A DNA stretch of 64,000 nt, from the NCBI RefSeq assembly GCF_009914755.1, contig NC_060925.1; one strand, given 5' to 3'. A program made the position numbers and the translations under genes. The stretch is from the human T2T-CHM13v2.0 reference genome, Homo sapiens. Numbering within the stretch: position 1 is the stretch's first letter; each line of letters begins with the position of its first letter. Shown piece by piece: positions 46,301 through 60,732 of this stretch. The notes beneath the pieces were generated by a model, which made no database searches, was not told the origin of the DNA, and worked only from the letters and a program-made list of their open reading frames with translations.

Positions 46301-48896
46301 CATCCCTTCTCTTCTTCCTTCCTGCCCTCCTGCCCTTCTCTTTCCCTTCCTGCCCCCTCCCTCTCTATTCCTTCCCCATTCCCTTTCCCTTTCCCTACCT
46401 TTCCCTCCTTCTGTCATTCTTTCCTTCTTTACTTTGGAATATGTTGAGCTGAACAACTGTAATCTCTATTACTACGCCCTCTATATCTTCTTGGGCAGAT
46501 GCTAAGAGTTTTTTTGTGAGGAAAGTCACAGGACTCTTGAAATTCCTGGGGCCCAGCCTTCCTGTAGGCCTGTCACTTTAATTTTTTCTTTCATTCAGTC
46601 ATCCATTTATTCAATTATTCAAGTGAGATGTGTTGTGCTGATATGGCACACCAGGCATTTTGCTATACACAGGAGAGTTATAAATGAATAAGATTTGTTC
46701 TCTGTTCTTGAGTAGCTCACAGTGCAGTGGGGCAGACAGACAAATAACAAAATAAGCATGATCCAATGTGGCAAGTACAGGAATGCAGGTGTGTGGAATG
46801 TCCTTGGGCTCAAGTTCAGACCCTTTGGGTTTCAAACCCCTTTTACTTGGAGTGACTCTGTGGGGGAAAATGTGTCTAGATGTTGCCACATGCTATCATT
46901 TGAGGATGAGATCACTGGCCTTTGACAATAGTATCTGTGCAAGTAGCAGGAGCAGAGGTATAAATCCTTGATCTGTCTGTGGGCAGCCAGCCAAGATGGT
47001 GATACCAAGAGGAGCTAATGGAACCCAGCTCATGGAACCTCACCAGGAGGAAGAGATAATGCTGTTGCTAAGGAGAAGAGAGCTGAGGGGGACCCTGAGG
47101 GATCTAAGACAAAGTGGAGGGGGCAGGATAATGGGCTTGTTCAGAGCATTCATTTTGGACTCAGACATTCCTGAGTTTGAATCCTGCTTCCCCAGGTAGC
47201 AGCTGGTATCAAGGTGGGAAGCTATAAAGTGATAAGAGGCACAATGGACCAAAGATGTGAGGGGCAAAATCAGAGAAAGAGACAGGAAGTCTATAGAGGC
47301 TGTGAGGACATGGTTTACAAATTAAAGTACATCTGAGGGCCATTGTATCAGTATCTTAGTGACTGTGGTATTTACTCTAAGAGCTCCAGAGTAGTTTCAG
47401 GGAGGGAGTGATCCACCTTAGTTGGGGTGGCTAAGGGAAATTAGCTGAGCTGTGAATAATACTTCATGGATGTAGTGATGATGAGGCCAACAGTGGGGAA
47501 GCTTGTGAACACTGAATGGGCAGTGATTGAACAGGATTTAGCAAATTGCAATTACATAAGCTATGTAGTATTTTTTCCATTGCATTTTATATAACATTAG
47601 AGATGCATTGCCTCTGAAACACCACCTTTAAAAATGGGACAAATCTTTTAAATCAAAAACACGAATTAAAATGATCACAAAATGTTACTGTCTTTTATAA
47701 ACGTTGATGAAAATTTTGTGTCTGGTTATCCTGTTACAGGGAGGCGTATAAGTGATGAAATCTCCATTAGATGATGAAATAGTTAATATTTGTGGGATGA
47801 AAAGTGACCCTGTGAGAAGAGGTTTATTCACAGGGCTGTGGAGAGAGGGAGGGAGATGGGGAAGGGCATGAGGAGAGAGGCCTGCTTGTGCAATAACTTT
47901 GTCCCCTTGGTAGTCATGATTTATCCTTTCTTCTTTCTTGGCTGTTGTCTTTTGATGTGGAAGCTAGAAAACACTTGATGCCCTTTCCTTTTGTCACCAC
48001 CAAAGCCACTGTCTCAGAGCCTCAATATTTTGCCTAGGCTGAGTGTCTTCTCTGGGTTTATTAAATAAACACCAGTGTCCACTCACCTCCAGAGGCTGAG
48101 AGGCCAACTGAGGAGAAGGCCACTGTGATTCACTCTGCGATGCATGCAAAATCGGGAACTGTCTCCTTTGGACCAGTTTTGAATGTGAGGTCCCAAAAGA
48201 CAGAAATTTGTCTCTCTGATTCCTTATTGTGTCCCTAGTGCCTACAATCAAGCACATAATCAATGCTCAATAAAAATGTGTCAAGTGAATAAATGGGTCC
48301 AGGGCTCAGGACTTGGTATTGCCCAGATGCAGTTTGGGACTTTGTTTTTCTCTGCTGCTGGAAACTCCCTTATTGGGCTCCATTTTTGAGAGGTCCTTTT
48401 ATACTTCTTTATAGATTCCCAGGATCTCATTGATTTGCCAGCAATGTTGACTCTGCTCCATTTTCTCTCCACTCAGATTCGATCCAACCATAGCCAGAAC
48501 CCCGTCATTCTTCAGTGTAGTGGAATGAGGTGTTCTGGGCCTCCAACCTTGTTCTGCAGCCCCTGACAGGAGGCAGGCTCTAATTCTCCAGTTTTGTCCA
48601 GCCTGTGTCATGCTGCTTCCAGGTCTGCACAGAGATGCTGGGTCTGCATGTGGGTATCACTCACATTCCAAGTGTGGAGCTTTGCAGGCTGTATCAGCCA
48701 TGGCACACTCTTCCCTGGGGGCAGGCCTTTCACCCCCTTCACTGTCCCTGGGTGAGAGCTCTCTAGTGATTTCAAACCGAACTTAAACCAATGGCCCAAA
48801 GCTGTGCCTCCTGCTTCAATTTCAACAAATTTCTCTCTTTTTTTAAATACCTATTGGTGCGTATCTGAATATCTGATATTAAACTTCTCTCAGGTT

Positions 48897-49212
<316 letters not shown>

Positions 49213-50223
49213 TAAATTTTAAGAATTAATTGATAGGATTTGACAAAATCCTTTTTTAGTTCAATGGACTTATAAGGTTATCCATCTTTATTTTTAATGC
49301 CCCCCCTCCACCTGCTCTACTTAGCCCTCACATCAACTTCTCTTAGTATTTGTAATTTGACTGTAGCTCTACGTGACACTTCTCTGGTTTTCTGGTAGTC
49401 AAAGTGAGATGTTACTCTTAGTTCACATAAAAAAACATTCCTTCAACCCCAGGAGCATCTCAGTCTCACAATTTAGGCCAAAACATGTGACTCCATTGAA
49501 GTTGTAACTTCCATGTGTTGATGTCAAGGTCGTGTAGTTACAAAATTAATAATTTGTTGCTTCTTTGGTATATCTATTTATAATTCCAGGAACACTTCTC
49601 ATTTTCTGCCTTTTTCTTTTTCCTAAAATTCTCATTTTGCACATTCCAATAATCTCATTGAGTAAACTCCCAGCCACATCTCTGCTCCATTATCTCATTA
49701 ATTTAAGCACCTCTCTCAGCTTTCATCTCTCTCCCTGGATTTTCAGTCACTGAGTTATACTTCTTCCCAAGGCTTACATCTCTTCCCTCCATCTTTTGAT
49801 TCTGCTTCTCTTCTGCCTATTTTCTGCTTTTTTGCCTTTTGATTTCCGGTTTCTTAGTTAGCACTCCAGAAACAGCTCATCAAAACAAACTAGTGGTCTT
49901 CTGTCATACACTGGAAATTCCCCAATTGTATTAATGTCCTCTCAGATTTTACAGGAAAAGTCAATTTTTGCACTGATACCCTCTTTGAGTTTGAGGTTGA
50001 GTTTCAGGGCCTCAAACCAGCACAACCTGTGTCGTTCTCTCCCTCCCACTACAACATAAAACTCTCCCCTTCCCTTCCATCAGTGGAGCGGGGTCGGATC
50101 CACTATGTTTTCCTGGTGCAGAGATAAGGTTTGGCTCCTGAGCTGGGTTGTACTGACCAAAGAGCTGAGGAGAGAGACTGTGAAATGCCCAGTGGGACGC
50201 TGGTGGTAATGAGGACAAGGAAC

Positions 50224-50229
50224 TTTATC
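50224..50229 (-). terminator. LCE3E: LCE3E polyadenylation signal (variant GATAAA)
   Basis: Aligns position-for-position with the AATAAA of the paralogous 3' UTR at 63959-63954. Confidence 0.7.
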
Positions 50230-50482
50230 TTTTTTACGAGGTTGGGCACAAGCACTGCCAATCCTTGGCAGGTACAGGGGTAGGGGGACATATGACATCC
50301 TGTACATAAAACAAGAAGTGCCTTCTGGGGAGAGCTCAGATCCCCCACAGGAAAACCTCCAGCTCAGCCTGTGAAAGTCAGAAGAGGGTATATGGGAAGG
50401 CATGCGTCAGATGGGGCTGTTCTTGGCCTCTTGGGATTCTTGTTTCCTCCAAAGATCGCTTGTCTCAGCATCAGGATCTGGA

Positions 50483-50761
50483 TCAGCAGCAGCCCCCAGA
50501 ACCGTGGCAGCAGCCAGAGCCCCCGCCTTGCTGACCACTGCCCCTGTCACAGGAGTTGGACCTCTGGCGCCGGCATCGGTGGTGGCGCCTGTGGTGGTTC
50601 AGGAAGCAGCCGCCCTCGGAGCTAGGGCCACAGCCCCCAGAGCTTGGGGCACAGCCAGAGGAAGCTGGAGGCAGACACTGTACTGGGTTCTTTGGGGGAC
50701 ACTTGGGTGAGGGGCACTTGGGTGGGGGTTGGCACTGCTTCTGGTTCTGCTGGCAGGACAT
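50483..50761 (-). CDS. LCE3E: Late cornified envelope protein 3E (92 aa)
   Basis: [29 protein letters not shown]...[39 protein letters not shown]8, N25, QRS and GCCH distinguish it from LCE3D as I recall the two proteins. Good Kozak context (GCCAAGATG). Acceptor TTTTCTCCAG with AG at 50784-50783. Confidence 0.96.
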   Translation of the reverse strand: MSCQQNQKQCQPPPKCPSPKCPPKNPVQCLPPASSGCAPSSGGCGPSSEGGCFLNHHRRHHRCRRQRSNSCDRGSGQQGGGSGCCHGSGGCC

Positions 50762-51290
50762 CTTGGCAGGAGTTGAGATGTCCTGGAGAAAACGAAGCCA
50801 CTTCTTAGTTCAAAATCTACAGTCCAACGTCTCTAAGACCAGCTGCCTCCTGAGGCAAGAGCTGCAAGAGGGTGAGGGAAGCTGATGTGGAGCTGGTGGG
50901 ATATGCCAGATACTTCTCACATTGCTCTCCACCCGGGACAGATTGCTGTGAGTCTAAGTGGGCACGTGTGTTTCTGTTTCTCCAAAGAACCCCTAGGGAA
51001 TGCACCCTTTTGGGAAAAAGAATTCTGTAGAATGGATGTTACAGGAAATGTGCCTGCCTGAGTAGAAAGAGGATGGGAGGGAATTGTGAGCTCTGTGGCC
51101 TTTGCAGGTCATGGAATTGCTGTCAGTTCCTGCAGGGTCTCCCTCCTGCCCCCTTCCCCCATTGCTGCCCTCTCACAGTCCTGTATCTGGGTCTTTGTTT
51201 CAAACCTCTCTGTTTCCATCTCTTCTGCTATGGCCTTAGCTTTCTGTTCTAACATCCCATATCAAGCCCTGTCCCCTGCTGAATACTTAC

Positions 51291-51333
51291 CAGGTGCAGA
51301 GAGGCAGGAGAAGGCTGTTCCTGAGGAGACTGT
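51291..51333 (-). other. LCE3E: LCE3E non-coding exon 1
   Basis: Ends in a CTG|GTAAGT donor (51290-51285), giving a 508-nt intron. It starts about 30 nt downstream of a TATA-like box. This is the standard two-exon layout of simple EDC genes. The TSS is approximate. Confidence 0.82.
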
Positions 51334-51355
51334 GGAGGAGCCCAGGGCAGGAGTG

Positions 51356-51363
51356 CTTTTATC
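51356..51363 (-). promoter_or_regulatory. LCE3E: LCE3E TATA-like box (GATAAAAG)
   Basis: About 30 nt upstream of the inferred TSS (CCACAGTC). Confidence 0.72.
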
Positions 51364-51589
51364 CTGTGCAGGGTGTGTGATGCACAGGCTGGGCATGCTG
51401 CTGCTTTCACAACCAGGGGAGGTGACAGCCAGGCACACCCTTGAGACTATCCATTCATCACCTTCCTGTGTACTCACCAAGATGCCTGACAAGAGGGAAC
51501 CAGGAAGGTCTGACGCCTGTTTACCTTCACCTCATTCAGGCCTGCTGGGGGTTGCAATCCTACCTTCCTTGAAGCAATTGTTTTTATCA

Positions 51590-54500
51590 CCACTCATTAG
51601 TAGTCACTCCTTATTCCACATTGCCCCTCTGGCAACTAGTAATCAATTTTTTGCCTGTATGGACTTGCCTATTCTGGACACTTCATATAAATAGAATCAT
51701 ATAATATATGGCATTTTGCATTAGCTTCTTTCACTTAATATATTGTTTAAGATTTATCCATGCTGTAGCATGTGTCAGAACTCCATTCTTCTTTATGGTT
51801 GAGTAATATTTCACTTTATGAATTTAGCACGTTTTATTTAACCATTCATCAAGTGATGGACATTTGAGTTAGCTCCAATTTTTGGTTATTGTGAATAATG
51901 CAGCTACAAACTTAATCTTTATTATTTCCTTCCTCCTGCTTTATGTTTAGTTTCTTCTTTTTTTCAGTGTTTTAAGGCAGAAGGTTAGGTAATTGATTTG
52001 AGATTTTTCTTCTTCCTTAATGTAGGCATTTGCAGCCATGTATTTCCCTGTAAGCATTTCCTTTGCTGTATCCCATAATTTTTGGTATGTTGTATTTTTA
52101 TTTTCATTCATCTCAAAGTATTTTCTAATTCTCCTTGTGATTTCTTTCTGAACTCATTGGTTGCTTAAGACATTTCTGAATTTTCCAGTTTTCCTTCTGT
52201 TATTGATTTCTAGTTTCATTCTCCTGTGGTTACGGATGATACTTTGTATGATTTCAGTGTTTTAAAATTTAATGATACTTCTTTTATGACCCAACAAATG
52301 GTCTACCCTGCAGAATGTTCCATGTGCAATTGAGAAAAATGTGTATTCTGCTATTGTGGTTGGAGTGTTCAACAAGATGTCTGTTAGATTTAATTGGTTT
52401 ATAGTGTTGTTAAAGTCTTCAGTTTGTTGATTTTCTTCCTAGTTGTTCTTCCATTAATGAAAGTGGAGTATGAAAGCTTCAAGTATTATTGTTAAATTGT
52501 TTATGAGTTGTCTGTTTCTCCCTTCAATTTTGTTAGTCTTTGTTACATGTAATATGGGACTCCATTGTTAGGTGCATATATATGTATAATAATTATTTCT
52601 TTAATAGATATGGATCCTTTTGTCATTATAAAATGTCCTCTTTGTCTCTGCCATTAATTTCGTCTTAAAGTCTATTTCGTCCAGTATTGTATAGCCACTC
52701 CAGATCTCTTGATTACCATTGCATGGTGTATGTTTTTCTACCTTTTACTTTGAATCTATTTTGTCTTTGAGCCTAAAATGTGTGTCTTATAGATAGCATA
52801 TAGTTAGTTCATGCTATTTTATCCATTTTGCCAGTCTTAGCCTTTTGATTGGGGTATTTAATCTATTCACAATTAATGTAATTACTATTAAGGTAGAATT
52901 TATGTCTACCATTTACTATTTATTTCCTATATATTTCATAACTTTCTTTGCCCCTCTTTTTCTTCACTATGGCTTTGTTTTTTATTGAACAGGCATTTTC
53001 TAGTATACCCTTTTAATTTCAATGTTATATATTTTAGTATATTTTTTGAGTTATTTTCTTAGTGGTTTCCTTGGGAGTTCTTATTAACATCTTAACTTAC
53101 AGTGATTATAACTCAGATCAATACCAACTTAATTTTGATAGCACGCAAAGCTTTGCTCCTGTGTAGGTTTGTTCCCTCCCCCTTCTGTATACTGTTATTG
53201 TCATATAAATCATATCTTTACATTAGAAGGCCATCAATGCAGTTCTATAAGTATTTCTTTATGCAGTTGTCTTTCAGATCAAATTGGAGAAAAAAGACTT
53301 AAAAGCACAAAATGCATTTATACTGTCTTTTATATTTACCATGTAGTTAACTTTACAAATGCTCTTCGTTTCTTCATAAAAATTTCAAATACTCTCTAGT
53401 GTTATTTCATTTCAGACTGAATTAATCCTTTTAGTATTTTTTGTAGAGTAGGGTTTCTGGAAACAAATTTTCTCAATTTTTGTTTATCTGGGAATGTCTT
53501 AATTTTTGGAGAATAGTTTTGCTGGATATAGAACTCTTGGTTTACTTTTTTTTTCTTTAGCACTTTGAATGTGTTATCCAACTGGCTTCTGTCCTCCATG
53601 GTTTCTGATGAGAAACCAGCTGTTAATGTTATTATTAATTTTTTTTGTATATGATGGGTCTTTTCTCTTTTGCTGTTTTAAAAATTCTCTCTTTGTCTTT
53701 TGACATTTGTACTATGGTGTGTTTAGGTGTGGAGAGGTTTGACTATACCCTGCTAGGAGTTTGTTGATCTTCTTAGATGTGTAGATTAATATTTTTCATC
53801 AAATTTGATAAGTAATTAACTGTTATTCCTTTGAATATTCTTCCTGTCTTTTTATTTCTCTCATCTCCTCCTGGGATTCTTATTATAAACATGTTGGTGG
53901 GCTTGATGGTTACTCACAGGCCTCTGAAGGCTCTGTTAATTTTTATTCAATCTTATTTCTTTCTGTTCCTCGGGTTGGATAATCACAATTGACCTATCTT
54001 CAAGTTCACTGATTTGTTCTTCTAGTTCAAACCTGCTGTTGAGCCCTTCTAGTCAATTTTAAATTTCAGTTATTATATTTGTCAAGCCTCAAATTTCTAT
54101 TTGGTTGTTTTAAGAAATTCTTTTTAATTCTTTGTTGTTATTCTCTATTTGGCAAGACAACATTCTTATGTTTTCTTTTAATTCTTAAGACGTAGTTTAT
54201 TTTAGTACTTTAAGCACATTTAAAATAGTTGATTTTTATCTTTGTCTAGTAAAACCAATGTTTAAACTTCTTCAGGGACAGTCTCTCTTGACTACCTCCC
54301 TGGACTTTGCCCCTTGTGTAGGTCATACTTTCTTGTTTATTTGTAGCTTTCTTTCTTTTTTGGTTAATAATTGGACATTTAAAATGATATAAAATCCTGG
54401 AAATCAAATTTCCCAACCCTCTCTGGGGTTTGTTGCTGTTTGTTTTCACTGTCCATTTGCTTCATGACTTTCCTGAACCAATTTTGTAAAATCTGTATTC

Positions 54501-55390
54501 TTTATTGTGTGTAGTCATTTAACTCTGTACTCAGTTAGCTTAGTAGACAGAGATTTCCTTAAATGCCTTGAGTTAATGTCTTTCAACCTTTGCTGAGGAC
54601 CTCTGTGTGTATGTTGGGGCATGTTTTCAAGACTTCAGAAGACAGTTTACAAATCTGTCTTAGGTTTCATTTCCTGCTTGGATGGAACTTCAAGATCAGT
54701 CAAAGTTGAGATATTAGGGTCTTCCCAGGTCTTTTCTGTACATGCACACACCCTGTAAGTCCACATAGTCTCCTAGATTTCCAGAAATGTGTCATAGATT
54801 TTTAAAACTCTCTATGAGAATCTCATTCCTCAGATTTTCCATCTAAGTTTTTGGTCAACTTCTGATTTGCCCAACTATTATCACCATCACAGGCAGCTGT
54901 GATGCTAAACATTTTTTACTGATTGTTTTTGGCAAACACCCTGGGGTAAAAGCTGTTTTCAGTGAGAGAGTTCTGAGTCAACTGGAATGAAAACAAGCTT
55001 GGCTAGTTGGGATTTCTAGGGGAAATGGGAATGGGATCTTCATTATGTGCCATATAGTCAGATAATGACATTTCTCTAGGGATGGGGTTTTTGGATAGTT
55101 TCAGATATGTTCTGTTACCTCCATGTGCTACTAGCATTTTAGATTTCAAGACTATTATGGCACTGGGAACAGGGAGATGATAATAGGGCAAGTTAAAATG
55201 TCACAAAGCTCACTGCTCTTACCCATATTCAACTGCTTTTCTTAAGTGAACACTCTAATATTTTTGCAAGCCTTTGGTAAATCTCCAGAGTTTTGCAAAA
55301 GTTGATTTTCACAATTTTTCATTTTCAAGGTGTTTTTAATGGAAGAGCAGATTTTTGGAGATCCTTGCTCAATCATTCCCAACCTTGTCT
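51590..55390 (-). mobile_element. Ancient L1M composite (3' UTR piece plus ORF2-5'/ORF1/5' UTR piece)
   Basis: L1M 3' UTR motif (TTGCCTATTCTGGACACTTCATATAAATAGAATCATA) and an ORF1-like peptide at 53402-53599 (KIKTFPDKQKLRKFV). Confidence 0.85.
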
Positions 55391-55820
55391 TCTTAAGTGA
55401 AAACATGAGTCCCTAGTTTTTCATCTGGGTCACAAACTTCACATCCAATAAGCATTATTATTTTGAGATATACAGCTCTTCTCATCACCACAGAGATGCT
55501 TCCATATAATATCCAGGTCATATATGAGAAAGTAAGATTAAGCTTTTCCTGTTTTATTGAGATTTGACAAAAATAACTGCCAACTTGTAAACAATAGGCA
55601 CAAATAACTCTCCACCTTATAAAGAGGTTGGAAGGAGCCCTGAGATGCTATCACTCTTCTCTTGTTATAGTAATGAGAAGTTTTCAAAACTGGATAGAAT
55701 GCTGTGGATTTTCCCCTTACATTTCACATGGGGAAGCAACAGGTTATTACTCTTACCCTCCACTAGAGGAAAAGTCATAGAAATTTCAAGGGGACAAATT
55801 GTAGAACTTATCAATGCCTA

Positions 55821-56185
<365 letters not shown>

Positions 56186-57566
56186 CTAAAATTTCAGGTC
56201 TCAGTGTCATCATTGGACTTGCTGAACAGTTCTCTGGCTATTCTGGAGAGTGAAAAATAATTGGAAAGGGAAAATGGAAAGGAGAATGGGGAAAAGAGAA
56301 GCAGCCAGTCCCTTACTGCTTGACATGGCCAGAGTTCATGAGTTTCCCTGAGCCAGTGGACAGTTTGGAGGGCAGCTAGGCATAGCTGTACTGCCACAGT
56401 CCTGCTGGGAATGTGGCTATCAAGGCAAGAGGCCTGTACCAATGGGGCTAAGAGTGCAGGGGAGTGTCAAAAGAGGCCAAATTTTTCACATCAGGTCACT
56501 GTGCTAAAGGTTCCTTAAAGAAATCAGTCATTTATCTGGTAAGAGAGCCCTCATGGGTCAGCACAGAGAGGATGCAGCCACTGAGAGACACTAGCAGTAC
56601 CAGCCAAATATGAGATATTTGCTTTGTCCCCCCTTTTCTCATTCCGGCCTCAAAACAGTGCAGAATAAAGGGAACCCGCAGGGGAGAGGAGGAGGTGGAC
56701 AATAAATGATGGAACTAACCATGTCTCTTTTCCACACACTAGATGCCTGTTTTCCACACAGTCCTTTAGGAGACAGTTGGGCTGTGCTGGGTTGGAGAGG
56801 GAGGAGTTAATATTCTTATTCTGAGTTATATCCAACTGGACAGGATAGGATGCTTCCTGAATACCTGAAAAATGATTAGAAAGGCCTGAAACACACTTGA
56901 GATATTATCAAAGTAGAGTCAGTATAACATAGTAGAAGACAGAGACTAGAGGAAAAATAAGTCACTATTTGTATCTGACACTGAGTTCAGACTACTTAAT
57001 AAACTTCAGAGGCCCTTGGAAGATTTTCCTGCCAAGGATCTCTCTTGGTTCTTCCTCTCTTTCCAATATCAGTCAATAAATAAATCAATACTCAATTTCA
57101 TAAATTGCATAATATTTTTTAAACTGCATTTAGGAAAACATTCCTTCTTGGAGCTAATTATCACTGTAAAATCAGGGCTTTGTGGTGAAAAATGTGAAAG
57201 ACTTCAGATGTCAACAATGAAAAGTTTTGTCTCCAAACTCCATGTCACCCTCAAAACCTTCAGTTTCTGTGAGCTATCTTGGGTGGTCTGTGACATGATC
57301 TTTCTTTACTCTTGAGCTGGGCTCCAATTTTCAGTACAGGTCATGGTGGGCCTGGAGTGCTGAGGAATGGGTCAGACCTCCAATCATCCAGGGGGCTTTG
57401 AGTTGCTAAGAGTGGTGTAGGGAAGGCAGATAAAGTTGAAGAAAGTTTTGTTATTTCAGAAAGTCACATATAGAAAGAGGAGATGGGGGTCGGGGAGGTA
57501 GGGAGAAGATGGATGCCAGGAGATCAGGGAGGGTGGAATTTCTGGAGAGAAGAGAATCCTCTACCT

Positions 57567-57726
57567 CAGAAGTTCTCAGCTTTGGCTGCACATTGGCATC
57601 ATCTTGGAGGGTTTTTTAAAAATACAAAACTCTGAGTTTCATCCCTCAAGACGCTGGTTGGCTTGGGCTAGGCATCAGGGTTTTAGTATCTCCCAGGTGA
57701 TTCTGATGCACAGTCAGGTTTGAGAG
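57567..57726. mobile_element. MER5A-like hAT-Charlie DNA transposon
   Basis: GTTCTCAGCTTTGGCTGCACATTGG...CCCAGGTGATTCTGATGCAC...TTTGAGA matches the recalled MER5 termini. Confidence 0.8.
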
Positions 57727-59364
57727 GATCAGATCACATGAGGTGGAAGAGAAAGAATTGGAGGTTGGAGAATGAGATCACCTGTGGGCTTACGTGCATA
57801 CGTACCTATTGTCCACAAAACAAACAAAAAATTCTTTGGCTACAGTACTAGTCTCTGGCTGGTCAGGAACTGGCTGATTTCTCTAGTCTCAACTTCTACT
57901 ATCCTCTTCTACTTCTTTACCTGTCTTTGTCACACCAAGGGGTCTGAGGCTTCTCCCTGGGCCTGAGCTGGGGGGCACCTTAGTGACTGAAGCTTGGTGC
58001 TCAGGGAGTGTCTGTCTGAACACCTTGAGGAAAGAGGCAGATGTCTCAGGAAGTTCTAGTTCATAGACTCTCTGGACAGGATCTTGTTACCAGGTTCTAT
58101 GTTGCTTGCTTATAGGCTGCAGGGTCCTGGTAGTAGGCGGGGGGGCGGGAGGTGTGGGGGAGGAAAGAGTAAGTTTTTCTAAGAGAAGGATCTGGGATGC
58201 CCCAAGACTGTCCGGGTACCTATTTCTTAAGTTTGTTTTTGGTGTGTTTTCTTCTCTTTCTCCCATCCTCTTTTGCTCTCCCCCTCTCTTTACATTCCTT
58301 CTTTACTTTCTTCTATTCTCTAAAAAATGAACAGATATTACACAGTGGGCATGGTGATAGATGTGCAATCCATTGGATGGTGGACACACCTAATTATAAA
58401 TAAATGAGATGTGGTTCTGGTTGAGTAGCTCACCTTGTAGCAGGGCAGACAGACAGGTGATCAAATGACTATGACCCAAGATGATGAAAGCTACATAAAA
58501 CATGTGTTGAGTCCTGAGGCTTATGCAAGAGCTTTTGGCTATCAGTCTCCTGTCTCCTCAGTGTGCCCAGAGGTTGTCATTTGGTATCACTTGAGAGTAG
58601 TTGAGGTGAGGTCAGCAGCCTATAGGAGCTGATGATGGGCATGGAGCAGGAACAAAGGGATAAGGAGTCTGACCTCCCCTTGCAGTTTATGGTCAGAGAG
58701 ACACAGAGAAACTCATGAAACCTAGGAGGCAGAGGTGTCCCTGCAGAGAGAAGGGGGATGGACAAAATTCCTGTCTGAGGACAGAATGTGGTGGATAGAA
58801 GCGGCCAGAATAATAGGTTCATTAAGAACATAGGTTGGGGAGTCAGATATTTCAGGCTTTGTTTTCTTATTTCTTCAGGTGATAGTTGTCATAAGGTAAA
58901 GGTGTTTGAAGAGAGAAAAAACTACAATGGAATGAAAGCACAGTGGACCACGGATGTTAGAGCTGCAACCAGAGATGGAGATAAGAAACTAACCTACATC
59001 TGATGAACGATGTGTCAGTAAGCCACTCACTTTGTAAGTTTCTGAGTTGCAGACATGGGTCAGAGAAGAAGGTGATTCACCCAGGCTGGGATATTCAGGG
59101 AGAATTTATCTGAAAGGTAATTATAATTAATTGAAGGTGAATAATTATAGATACATTTTGTAGTGTTATTATGTATACCTGATGTAATGCAATTGATGTG
59201 TGACTAATGCCTGTAAAAACTGCATTTGAATCAGCTCTGTAGAATTTTCCTATTGCATTTTATTATAACAATAAAGACGCATTTTCTTCTGAAATATAAG
59301 CATACTCAAGAATAAGACAAATCTTTTATATCACACAGGTAATTAACAATATGTATTTTTTTCA

Positions 59365-60732
59365 GACAAATACACCAGTGGTTCAGAATAGAAAGCCAAA
59401 AAATAAGGCCACACACCTACAACCATCTGGTATTCAACAAAGCTGACAAAAACAAGCAATGGAGAAAAGACTCCTAGTCAATACATGGTGCTAGGATAAC
59501 TGGTCAGCCATATGCAGAAGATTGAAACTAGACTCCTTCCTTACACCATATACAAAAATCAACTTAAGATGGATCAAAGACTTAAATGTAAAACCCAAAA
59601 TTATAAAAACCCTGGAAGACGACTGAGGCAATACCATTCCAGACATAGAAATGGACAAAGATTTTATGACAAAGACACCAAAATCAATTGCAAAAATGAC
59701 AAATGGGATCTAATTAAACTAAAGAGCTTCTGCACAGCAAAATAAACTATCAATACAGTAAACAGACAACCTACAGGATGGGAGAAAATCTTTGCAAACT
59801 ATGCATCTGACAAAAATCTAATAATATCCAGCATCTATAAGGAACTTAAGCAAATCTACAAGAAAAAAAACAAACAAACAACCCAATTAAAAAGCAAGCA
59901 AAGGACATGAACAGACACTTTTCAAAAGAAGAGGTGCATGCAGTCAATAAGCATATTTTTAAAAAGCCCAACATCCCACTGATCATTAGAGAAATTCATA
60001 TCAAAACCGCAGTAAGGTATCATCTCAAACCAGTCAGAATGGCTGTCATTAAAAAGTCAAAAAATAGCAGGTGTTGTAAGGTTGCAGAGGAAAAGGAATG
60101 CTTATACATTGTTGACGTGAGTGTAAATTAGTTCAACTGCTGTTGGAGACAGTGTGGCTATTCCTAAAAGACCTAAGGACCAAAATACCATTCAACACAG
60201 CAATCCGTTACTGGGTATATACCCAAAATAATATAAATCGTTCTCTCGTAAAGACACATGCACACATATGTTTATTGCAGCACTACTCACAATAGCAAAA
60301 ACATGGAATCAACCTAAATGCTCATCAAAGAGAGACTGGATAAAGAAAATGTGATACAGGTATACCATAGAATACTATGCAGCCATAAAAAAGAGTGAGA
60401 TCATGTCCTTTGCAGGAACATAAATGGAGCTGGAGGCCATTATCTTTAGCAAAGTAAGACAAGAAAAGAAAACCAAACACTGCATGTTGTCATTTGTAAG
60501 TGGCAGGTAAATAATGAGAACACATGGACACATAGAGAGGACAACAGACACAGGGACGTACCAGAGGGTGGGGAATAGAAGGAGTGAGAGGACCAGGGAA
60601 AATGACTAATGGGTACTAGGCTTAATACCTGGGTGACAAAATAATCTGTACAACAAATCCCCATGACATAAGTTTACCTGTATAACAAACCCGCACATGT
60701 ACCCCTGAACTTCAAATAAAAGTTAAATAAAA
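59365..60732 (+). mobile_element. 5'-truncated L1 (older L1PA-type) 3' end, ~1.37 kb
   Basis: ORF2 C-terminal fragments (59512-59745, 59907-60131). The 3' UTR ends AATAAAAGTTAAATAAAAA. Confidence 0.93.

Noticed and set aside
46028-46505. 142-aa and 132-aa ORFs
   Set aside because: They arise from a CT-rich low-complexity tract that lacks stop codons.
50371-50885. Three plus-strand ORFs overlapping LCE3E
   Set aside because: These are antisense shadows of a GC-rich, low-complexity coding exon.
51086-51694. 202-aa plus-strand ORF
   Set aside because: It has a GTG start, no recognisable domain, lies antisense over LCE3E exon 1 and promoter, and runs into L1 sequence.
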